From the IMG/VR virus record IMGVR_UViG_3300010048_000015, positions 1-52,539 of that record: DNA of 52,539 nt; one strand, written 5' to 3'. The notes below the pieces were generated by a model, which saw only the letters and a program-made list of their open reading frames with translations, searched no databases and had not been told where the DNA came from. Shown piece after piece: positions 1-6,411 of the stretch (positions within the stretch are counted from its first letter, which is position 1; each line of letters opens with the position of its first letter). The position numbers were made by a program, and so were the translations under genes. The stretch is from a virus (lineage: Duplodnaviria; Caudoviricetes).

Positions 1-33
1 CCCTCAAGGTTGCCCTCTCTTGATCTTACTCCT

Positions 34-63
34 ATTATATAACAGCCCCCGCTAGGAAGTCAA
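34..63 (-). promoter_or_regulatory. sigma70-type promoter firing leftward off the window edge
   Basis: Minus strand reads TTGACT-18 bp-TATAAT, with A-tracts upstream (~78-98). Confidence 0.8.
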
Positions 64-118
64 GAGATTGGAGCGGTATTTTTTTGAAATATTTTTTGTC
101 ACATGGGTACCCCTTGAC

Positions 119-442
119 TTACACTGCCTCCCCCGTCATAAGTCGCTTCTCGTCGTAGTTGGAGGTCTGTCTGCGTGCCACTTCGTTGTCGACGACTTGC
201 TGCTCGAGCTGCTTGCGGTCCTTGTACTTGACCAGCTCAAGGCCACGGTAGTCGCGTCGCATGATGCGCACAGGTGTCTTGCCATCGCTCCAAGCCTCGG
301 CCTGCCCGATGAAGCGTGCGACCTGTTGCGCCGTCCAGCTATTGCCCGGAAGCGTTGCGCAGACAAAGCAGCGCTCGTCCTCCCTCAGCGCTTCGACCTT
401 CTCGTTCATGTCTCCGACTTCGATGAGGTACTCACGTACCAC
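119..442 (-). CDS. hypothetical protein (start uncertain; ORF open to 565)
   Basis: In the leftward gene string; GTG at 442 lies near the upstream stop. Confidence 0.55.
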   Translation of the reverse strand: MVREYLIEVGDMNEKVEALREDERCFVCATLPGNSWTAQQVARFIGQAEAWSDGKTPVRIMRRDYRGLELVKYKDRKQLEQQVVDNEVARRQTSNYDEKRLMTGEAV

Positions 443-689
443 TTCTTCTGTCAGTTCTTCTGGCGTGTACACGTGCTTGTTCCTCTCGTACTGCTTGGTC
501 GATGAAGTAGTTCCTGAGCGGTTTGGTTGAGTAGTGTAGGATGATACATGCGATCGGAATGCCAACGATCGTTAGTATGAACGGCAGGGCAACAAGTCCG
601 CCGGAGAGAGCTAGAACTAGTCTCCTGACAAACTTATAACCGTGTTTCTTTGAGCGACTGGAGTCGACCAGTCGCAAATGTGATGCCAT
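432..689 (-). CDS. small membrane protein
   Basis: Hydrophobic segment LVLALSGGLVALPFILTIVGIPIACIIL; GAGGA RBS. Confidence 0.65.
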   Translation of the reverse strand: MASHLRLVDSSRSKKHGYKFVRRLVLALSGGLVALPFILTIVGIPIACIILHYSTKPLRNYFIDQAVREEQARVHARRTDRRSGT

Positions 690-846
690 TGTCGGTCCTC
701 ACGTCGTAACGGTTGCGCACCCTAAGCGGATGCACCTTCACGACCGTCACCGGGACTCGCGCTGCCCAGACTCTGCGTATGTCGACGACACTACCGCTGT
801 TCTGGATCGGGTCTATTGCTAGGTACCTCTTGCCTACCCTCTTCAC
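634..846 (-). CDS. hypothetical protein
   Basis: GGAGGT RBS; GTGA overlap with upstream gene. Confidence 0.65.
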   Translation of the reverse strand: MKRVGKRYLAIDPIQNSGSVVDIRRVWAARVPVTVVKVHPLRVRNRYDVRTDNGITFATGRLQSLKETRL

Positions 847-1034
847 GTTTCACCTCCTCTCCGATGAATTGCGTCGCGCATCGGTTCCCAGCCTATGCGA
901 TTTGGACGCTTGCGTTCCTCGTACTCGCGGTTACGCCTCTGGCCTTTAGGGCTCGTGTTGTATCTGGATTGTGCTTCCAGATACCGTCGACGCCTTTCCT
1001 CAGGCGTCTTCGCTCGTTTCCCACTGGATCGCAT
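843..1034 (-). CDS. hypothetical basic protein
   Basis: Stop overlaps the next start; Arg-rich helical sequence. Confidence 0.5.
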   Translation of the reverse strand: MRSSGKRAKTPEERRRRYLEAQSRYNTSPKGQRRNREYEERKRPNRIGWEPMRDAIHRRGGET

Positions 1035-1447
1035 GCAAACCTTGTCTCCGTGCTAGCCAGCGCATTGGCAGTTCTGCGAGCTTCGCCTGCCAAGGCAGTT
1101 TCCGCGTCGCTACTGGCCGCATCCCGTCTTCTCTTGCTACGCGATGTCCTGTGGACGTATCGCGCGGCGGTGGCGTCCATGCATAACCCATCTAGTTTCC
1201 TTACCTCGTAGCAGACGCTACTCCCGTCCGACGCGGCCCACCTGTAGTCTTTATCCACAGGCTCGAGCTCATCGCCGCCAAAGTAGAATCCGAAGTAGCC
1301 CATGTGTTTGCGTTCGCCTTCGAGCGCCTTGATGTTTTCGGCCTTTGCGAAGGCGGACTGGACGTCGTCGGCCTCTACGGTCACGTGGAACGTGATGTAC
1401 TCGGATCCGTCAAGATTCTGCATGTGCTCTTCAACTAGCCACTTCAC
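893..1447 (-). CDS. hypothetical protein (3' part overlaps alternative ORF 1000..1191)
   Basis: GGAGGT RBS and GTGA coupling to the upstream stop. Confidence 0.5.
   Translation of the reverse strand: MKWLVEEHMQNLDGSEYITFHVTVEADDVQSAFAKAENIKALEGERKHMGYFGFYFGGDELEPVDKDYRWAASDGSSVCYEVRKLDGLCMDATAARYVHRTSRSKRRRDAASSDAETALAGEARRTANALASTETRFACDPVGNERRRLRKGVDGIWKHNPDTTRALKARGVTASTRNASVQIA
1000..1191 (-). CDS. possible hypothetical protein
   Basis: RBS-like GAGGTAAGGA before ATG, but nested in 893..1447. Confidence 0.35.
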   Translation of the reverse strand: MGYAWTPPPRDTSTGHRVAREDGMRPVATRKLPWQAKLAELPMRWLARRQGLHAIQWETSEDA

Positions 1448-1629
1448 TTTGTACCTCCTCTCTCCGCTTTCAGGTGCCATACGTTTCCGCATAGGTTGCA
1501 CCTGATCCATATCTCGAAAGGGTTGTCGGTGTCGTACCAAATCTCCGCGACTTCGTACTTCGCTCGGCGAACATTAGGCCAGTAGCTGCAGTTCTTACAC
1601 GGCCTGTCACCCTTGTACGTTTTAAGCAT
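1444..1629 (-). CDS. zinc-ribbon protein
   Basis: CKNC...CNLC pairs. Confidence 0.65.
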   Translation of the reverse strand: MLKTYKGDRPCKNCSYWPNVRRAKYEVAEIWYDTDNPFEIWIRCNLCGNVWHLKAERGGTK

Positions 1630-1685
1630 AGCCTCATCCCTTCCGGTCGGGACTCTCGGCGAGAGTCCCTTCCGCACTGGAAGTG

Positions 1686-1949
1686 CTACATGTCAGGATG
1701 AGGCTCTTCCTCTTCGTCGGCGAACATCTTGTCCCAGCACTCGTCGTGTGTACCAGACAGGAGCATCTCGCGGTCTCCTGCCGACACACTCGGCATTGCG
1801 TTCTGGATCAGCGGACCCCTGCCGTCGTTCCAGGCTTCGTACTCCGAGATCGGTATTTCGACCGTTCCGATCTTGCCGCACATTGGACATGCTCTCGTCG
1901 TACACACGACTACCGTGCCGGTGTACGTAGCCTGCGTTACTGCTGACAC
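1686..1949 (-). CDS. putative Zn-binding protein
   Basis: CPMC...HDEC; AAGGAG RBS. Confidence 0.7.
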   Translation of the reverse strand: MSAVTQATYTGTVVVCTTRACPMCGKIGTVEIPISEYEAWNDGRGPLIQNAMPSVSAGDREMLLSGTHDECWDKMFADEEEEPHPDM

Positions 1950-1951
1950 TT

Positions 1952-2167
1952 CTACTCCTTGATAGTAACGATGGTTGTGTAGTGGACTCTGCCGCGAAGC
2001 ATGTCCTCGGTGTACGGCTCGTCGCCGATATGCGTGAACAACTGAGTCACCAACTCGTCAGGCAACTCGTACCATTTGAGGCCGACATTGACGACGATCG
2101 GCCTACGTGACGTATTTCCACGTCGGCGGCCATCGTCTGGCTTCACGACGTGCCTTCGGTCTGCCAT
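1952..2167 (-). CDS. hypothetical protein
   Basis: AGGAGG RBS; tight packing. Confidence 0.65.
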   Translation of the reverse strand: MADRRHVVKPDDGRRRGNTSRRPIVVNVGLKWYELPDELVTQLFTHIGDEPYTEDMLRGRVHYTTIVTIKE

Positions 2168-2226
2168 TTTCCCTCCTTTCGCTCAAGGATCGGCTCTCGG
2201 AAGAGAGCCTCACCTTCAACGTAGGA

Positions 2227-2475
2227 TCAGATCTTGCTCCTCTTCGATGCTGCTTGGTAGTCGGCGATCTCCTGAACGTACCTGTCTGCGAGTGGCATGT
2301 CGTAGATCATGGCGAACAGCTTACAGATCTCCCGTTCGAGACCCGCTGCTGCGTTGAACGCGACGAAGTTCAGAACTAGAACCCAATCGTCGTTCGTTTC
2401 CGGCTCACGTCCGTCGAGCTGTATCCGTTTCGCGGCATCCAGCATCTCGTTCGGACTGACTAGCCTTTGTGTCAT
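2227..2475 (-). CDS. hypothetical protein
   Basis: ATGA coupling; RBS. Confidence 0.65.
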   Translation of the reverse strand: MTQRLVSPNEMLDAAKRIQLDGREPETNDDWVLVLNFVAFNAAAGLEREICKLFAMIYDMPLADRYVQEIADYQAASKRSKI

Positions 2476-2681
2476 TGTTCCTCTCCTAGGTTGATTACTG
2501 ACCTGCCCTTGTTGTACCGAACCGTCAGCACGACGTCGTCAGGCTTGTCGTTCTTGTTGACGTAGCCATGCAGCTCGTAGTCGTGCACCTTGAAGTCCGC
2601 GCCTGCTTGGTAGGCGTCGATGACCTCTTGTTTCGTTCTGTAGTCCACTCCGTACGCCGGAGTGACGCTTACGTACCTCAC
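2472..2681 (-). CDS. hypothetical protein
   Basis: AAGGAG RBS; stop overlaps next start. Confidence 0.7.
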   Translation of the reverse strand: MRYVSVTPAYGVDYRTKQEVIDAYQAGADFKVHDYELHGYVNKNDKPDDVVLTVRYNKGRSVINLGEEQ

Positions 2682-2708
2682 ACCTTGGTCTCCTTCTCCA
2701 ACTAAGCG

Positions 2709-2751
2709 TTGGCGGATCGAGCCTCCGTGAGGAGGCTCTCACCGTCACTGC
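2709..2751 (-). repeat. post-stop structured element, copy 1
   Basis: GCAGTGACGG-[GAGCCTCC tcac GGAGGCTC]-ATCCGCCAA; flanks identical to 4858..4897. Confidence 0.75.
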
Positions 2752-3069
2752 TTACTCGGCAGTAACCTCTTCGGTGTCGGACATGAACTGCTCCGCGAGC
2801 AGGTCGTAGTCGACTCGAGCTGAGCCGGTCTCGCCGTTCTCGATGCGAACGACGTACCGGTCGAGCCACGTCTTGAACGCGGCTCCATCGAAGTACACCT
2901 TCTCACCTTCGGCCCTAGTCTCGTAGTTGCTCTGAATAATGTTCTTCTTGGCGTACGAGTACAGCATCTGCGACTTCACGTCACCGCTCAGGCCCCTCTT
3001 CTCCAGAACCACATTCGCAACCTTCGCTGCGACGAACGGAGTGATGTTGCTGTACTGCTTGCTGCTCAT
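2752..3069 (-). CDS. putative HTH DNA-binding protein, paralog of 5255..5545
   Basis: Shares TPFxAAKV, QMxYxYAKK, GEKVYFxGxAFKxWLD, RVDYDxLA with 5255..5545; identical RBS. Confidence 0.75.
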   Translation of the reverse strand: MSSKQYSNITPFVAAKVANVVLEKRGLSGDVKSQMLYSYAKKNIIQSNYETRAEGEKVYFDGAAFKTWLDRYVVRIENGETGSARVDYDLLAEQFMSDTEEVTAE

Positions 3070-3147
3070 TGTAGTCTCCTTGACTCTCGAGCTGGAACGA
3101 CTTTCGTTCCGGAAGGCACTCATTGAGTGCCAACCGCAGCGGAAGTG

Positions 3148-3375
3148 CTACACAAGTCTGCATGCTAGTTCGTACAGCGCTTCGAGCGCCATTGTGTGCT
3201 GCGCCACAGGAACGCTGCCGAGACGCTCTGGCGGCCATCCTGTGTCGACGAGCATCTCTGCGAGTGCCGTAATCGCCTTCCGATTCAACTGCGCCGGATC
3301 GATAACGACTTCATCAGGCGCGTTGTCGCAGATCGCTCGGTCGATGCGTACGATCATCTCGTCTACATCGTTCAT
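3148..3375 (-). CDS. hypothetical protein
   Basis: AGGAG RBS; first gene after a promoter. Confidence 0.7.
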   Translation of the reverse strand: MNDVDEMIVRIDRAICDNAPDEVVIDPAQLNRKAITALAEMLVDTGWPPERLGSVPVAQHTMALEALYELACRLV

Positions 3376-3415
3376 TCCGTACTCCTAGGTGTGCTTGTTT
3401 TTCCTTGCTACTCTA

Positions 3416-3444
3416 ATTGTATCCTAGCCTTTTGGAAAAAGCAA
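3416..3444 (-). promoter_or_regulatory. sigma70-type promoter
   Basis: TTGCTT-17 bp-TACAAT. Confidence 0.7.
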
Positions 3445-3479
3445 GGCTCTTGAAGAGGTTCTTTTGGTCTCACTTTTGG

Positions 3480-3686
3480 TCACTTAGGCATTTGCCGCGC
3501 TAGGTTGATGCGTCGCATGTGTGGTTCGTGCTCGATCAGCCTTTGGCGTTGCCAATCCCAGTAGCAGCAGCGCTGACCTACGCTGCTCCAGCACACTGAG
3601 CACTTGGCCGTCAGTGCGATAGCCTCTGTCTCACGTGCCTTCGCTTCCGCCGTATCTAGTCGGCGTCTGATTTCTTCGTAGCTCAT
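3480..3686 (-). CDS. zinc-finger protein
   Basis: CSVC...GQRC...PHMRR; ATGA coupling. Confidence 0.65.
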   Translation of the reverse strand: MSYEEIRRRLDTAEAKARETEAIALTAKCSVCWSSVGQRCCYWDWQRQRLIEHEPHMRRINLARQMPK

Positions 3687-4012
3687 GCTGGGCCTAGTGG
3701 TTGAGTTCGCGGATCGCGTTCGTTCCTGTCGAACTCAAAGTCCTCAGCGTTCGAGCCTGTCTCAGGGTTGAGCACGAAGGTAATGCGTAGCCCGCGGCCT
3801 GAGTCGACCGATTGCGTAGTTGCGCGACCTTTCCTGCGACGCGCAGCATTGTTCACCATTACGCGCATGTGTTCCGTTGGAACGGTGTAATCGACGTCTT
3901 GGAGGATTTCGCATGGCTCATTGACAACGAGCCACTCGTCCCACGGATACTTCGAAGGCCGTCCCGCTGCGGACCTTGGTTGCGGCGCTTCCTCTTTTGT
4001 GATCTTGCGCAC
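3683..4012 (-). CDS. hypothetical protein, possibly DNA-binding
   Basis: GRPSKYPWDEW motif; GGGAG RBS after promoter. Confidence 0.7.
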   Translation of the reverse strand: MRKITKEEAPQPRSAAGRPSKYPWDEWLVVNEPCEILQDVDYTVPTEHMRVMVNNAARRRKGRATTQSVDSGRGLRITFVLNPETGSNAEDFEFDRNERDPRTQPLGPA

Positions 4013-4062
4013 TACTGTGCTCCCTGGCTGTATTGTGTGCTTTTACTTGGCTGTCTTATTCT

Positions 4063-4092
4063 ATTATATCGCGTGTGCCTGCAGTTCTTCAA
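4063..4092 (-). promoter_or_regulatory. sigma70-type promoter
   Basis: TTGAAG-18 bp-TATAAT; TTGTAATACA box at 4109..4118. Confidence 0.75.
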
Positions 4093-4414
4093 GTGAGGTT
4101 CAATCCTGTGTATTACAATACATCGTTATCTCGTCTTACTGAGTTGGCGTTTCGGCCACCAACGCGAACTGCGCGAATAGAATGCTCCAGCATGAAATTG
4201 TGCCAGAAGGGTGAACTCACAGTTGTCATCGCGGGCGTCCACCGTCCAGCACTGTCGAACATTCGAAATTTATGCTTTAATAGAATATACAGAGGTAGAT
4301 ACTGAGATAATTACAAATCTGTTACACTTCAGGGGCTTTTTTGTTAAAAGCTTAAAGCTCCCAACCCTAAACGCAGACCATCAGGGGACATCGTCTGAAT
4401 AAAACAGAACACGC

Positions 4415-4750
4415 TCAGCTAGGAAAGTCAATGCTCGGCGCTCCGATCTCGTCCCAGCTCCGCGGCAGGCGGATTTGAGTGGTTTTTGCCGAGAAGTACT
4501 GCTTGGTTTCGCAGCTGCCTCCGACTGCCATCGTACCGCGCCACGTCTCGGGCTTAGTCGGCGTCGCGTTGAGCTCGTTTTCGCCGTTGTAGATCGCGCG
4601 AACCGAATTCGGACTTTGACTGAACGCGCGGCGTTGGCGCGAGCTTTGCATTCGCGTAACACGTGGTTGGCGTCGCTTCGGAGGCGTAGGTGAACGCTTC
4701 AATTCGCGTTCTACGCCTGCGACGTACTGTTCCCAATCTGCTGGCAGCAT
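4415..4750 (-). CDS. hypothetical basic protein
   Basis: GGAGGT RBS directly after a promoter. Confidence 0.65.
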   Translation of the reverse strand: MLPADWEQYVAGVERELKRSPTPPKRRQPRVTRMQSSRQRRAFSQSPNSVRAIYNGENELNATPTKPETWRGTMAVGGSCETKQYFSAKTTQIRLPRSWDEIGAPSIDFPS

Positions 4751-4787
4751 ACGTACCTCCAGGTACCTAGTCCTTTGGCTCTATTCT

Positions 4788-4816
4788 ATTTTATAGCAGC
4801 CTAGATGGAATTGCAA
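4788..4816 (-). promoter_or_regulatory. sigma70-type promoter
   Basis: TTGCAA-17 bp-TAAAAT. Confidence 0.75.
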
Positions 4817-4857
4817 GATCCAAAAGCGGAACCACTTTTGGTACCACGAAATGAACC

Positions 4858-4897
4858 TTGGCGGATAGACCCCCCTTCGGGGCCTACCCGTCACTGC
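4858..4897 (-). repeat. post-stop structured element, copy 2
   Basis: GCAGTGACGG-[TAGGCCCC gaaggg GGGGTCTA-type hairpin]-ATCCGCCAA. Confidence 0.75.
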
Positions 4898-5158
4898 TCA
4901 GGCGTGGCAGTGCGTAGAGTACGTAATCGTGACCTTCGGAGCCACGTACCGAACGTACCCGCCGGCTTTGGTGCTGTAGCGGTAATACGTGGTCGTTTTC
5001 TGGACCTCGCGATAGCACTTCGGCGAAACGAGAACCTCGTTACGCGAAGACGTCGAGAGCGTCGGGAACGAAGCCGCGTGTGACGTTGTCACCTGCGAAC
5101 CCGCGAAACCCGCAGCCGCGGCCAGAACGAGACCGGTAGCCAGAAGCCTGTTGCGCAT
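4898..5158 (-). CDS. small secreted protein
   Basis: Signal peptide MRNRLLATGLVLAAAAGFAG...SHAA; two Cys. Confidence 0.7.
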   Translation of the reverse strand: MRNRLLATGLVLAAAAGFAGSQVTTSHAASFPTLSTSSRNEVLVSPKCYREVQKTTTYYRYSTKAGGYVRYVAPKVTITYSTHCHA

Positions 5159-5210
5159 TTTGCGCTCCTTATGGAATTGTGTAGGTGGGTCAGTTCCTAC
5201 GGTGTGTATG

Positions 5211-5631
5211 TACTTGAAGACCCAATAGTGTGCCTGCTAAGAACTAACTGGTTATTACATGTACTGGTCGGCTAGCGTGTCGTAGTCGACTCGTGAGGTC
5301 GACTCGCCCGATATGACCTTCTGAACGTACTTGTCGAGCCATGCCTTGAAGGCAGTACCCTCGAAGTAGACCTTCTCGCCATCCATCCTCGAGTCGTAGT
5401 TGGACTCGATGATACCCTTCTTGGCGTAGTTGTACATCATCTGAGGACGAACCTCAGTGAAGTCTCCGTCGACCTTAGCTGCTAGGACCTTGTTCGTGAC
5501 CTTCGCGGCAGCGAACGGAGTAAGGTTAGAGAACGTAGCGCTCATTGTAGTCTCCTTGTGACGTAGAGCTGAACTGATGAAGAGTTGATGAATCGCTAGT
5601 CTCAGCAGGCACACTATTGAGTTTTCAAGTA
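5211..5631. repeat. ~35 bp imperfect inverted repeat bracketing gene 5255..5545
   Basis: 5211..5246 is near reverse complement of 5597..5631; 16 bp perfect core CAATAGTGTGCCTGCT. Confidence 0.85.
5255..5545 (-). CDS. putative HTH DNA-binding protein, paralog of 2752..3069
   Basis: High visible similarity to 2752..3069; 19 bp identical start region. Confidence 0.75.
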   Translation of the reverse strand: MSATFSNLTPFAAAKVTNKVLAAKVDGDFTEVRPQMMYNYAKKGIIESNYDSRMDGEKVYFEGTAFKAWLDKYVQKVISGESTSRVDYDTLADQYM

Positions 5632-5661
5632 GCTTTGGAACTCGTTTCACTTTCTAACTAT

Positions 5662-5690
5662 ATTATATTGTGAAATTTCGATTCAAGCAA
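5662..5690 (-). promoter_or_regulatory. sigma70-type promoter (left side of divergent pair)
   Basis: TTGCTT-17 bp-TATAAT. Confidence 0.75.
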
Positions 5691-5770
5691 GACCCGTAGG
5701 GCTCAGTGTCAGTAGGGTGACATTTTCAGTGTGACAAAGTGTTACAAGCCTAGTGTGCAGCCAGTTGGTT

Positions 5771-5785
5771 CCATGATATAATAGT
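5771..5785 (+). promoter_or_regulatory. extended -10 promoter for packaging operon, likely leaderless
   Basis: TGA-TATAAT ending 6 nt before ATG 5789; no SD; 15-mer identical to 45883..45897 (minus). Confidence 0.65.
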
Positions 5786-5788
5786 AGC

Positions 5789-6052
5789 ATGGCGGCAAAT
5801 AAGGAACTCGAGGACCTCTACGCAGGCGATGAGCCTCCGAAGGAGCGTGCTCAGAGGATATTCGACGAGAATGCGCCGTTCGCTGCAGCGGCGATAATCG
5901 ATCTGGTTCACAATGCCACGTCGGACTCGATTCGGCTGCGCGCTGCACAGTACGTGACTGACCGCGTGCTCGGGCCAGTTGGACGGGAAGAGCAGCAAGA
6001 CGTGCTCAACGAGTTCCTGAAGGGTATAGAGGGGATGGCGAACGGCCACTAG
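5789..6052 (+). CDS. terS: putative terminase small subunit
   Basis: Upstream of terL; LVHNATSDSIRLRAAQYVTDRVLG helical motif. Confidence 0.65.
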   Translation: MAANKELEDLYAGDEPPKERAQRIFDENAPFAAAAIIDLVHNATSDSIRLRAAQYVTDRVLGPVGREEQQDVLNEFLKGIEGMANGH

Positions 6053-6116
6053 GTTGCAATCCTGCGACCCTGTGGAGAGTAGCGCGTAAGGGTGGCGCGC
6101 GAGTGGAGGTCCGGAA

Positions 6117-6317
6117 ATGAGTGAACTGCGTGTAGTTCGGAAGCTGCATAGGCAGTACCATGGCGCGGCGATTCACCGGCAGCGGGTGATGGCTCTGCGA
6201 GCGGGGTACAGGTCTTCGATGATCTTGGGAGGTGGAGACAGTAATGGGCAAGAAGGACAAGCTGGGAACGGTGAAGGACCTGCGAGGAGTGGGGATGGCA
6301 GGCCGCAAGCCTGCTAA
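6117..6317 (+). CDS. possible hypothetical protein
   Basis: GGAGGT RBS; overlaps next ORF. Confidence 0.35.
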   Translation: MSELRVVRKLHRQYHGAAIHRQRVMALRAGYRSSMILGGGDSNGQEGQAGNGEGPARSGDGRPQAC

Positions 6318-6411
6318 TCGTCTGGCCGCGATTATGTCCGGCAAGGACTGGGACGCGAACGCGAAGCGGCAGCGCGAGAAGGTCGAGAAGTACAAGGACA
6401 AGGGGAAGTAG
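6244..6411 (+). CDS. small basic protein, 55 aa (not in ORF track)
   Basis: GGAG RBS; MGKKDKLG...KDKGK; stop overlaps terL GTG. Confidence 0.55.
   Translation: MGKKDKLGTVKDLRGVGMAGRKPANRLAAIMSGKDWDANAKRQREKVEKYKDKGK

Noticed and set aside
5211-5631. IS/MITE or invertible element
   Set aside because: No transposase or recombinase, no evident target duplication; mismatches favour RNA G-U pairing.
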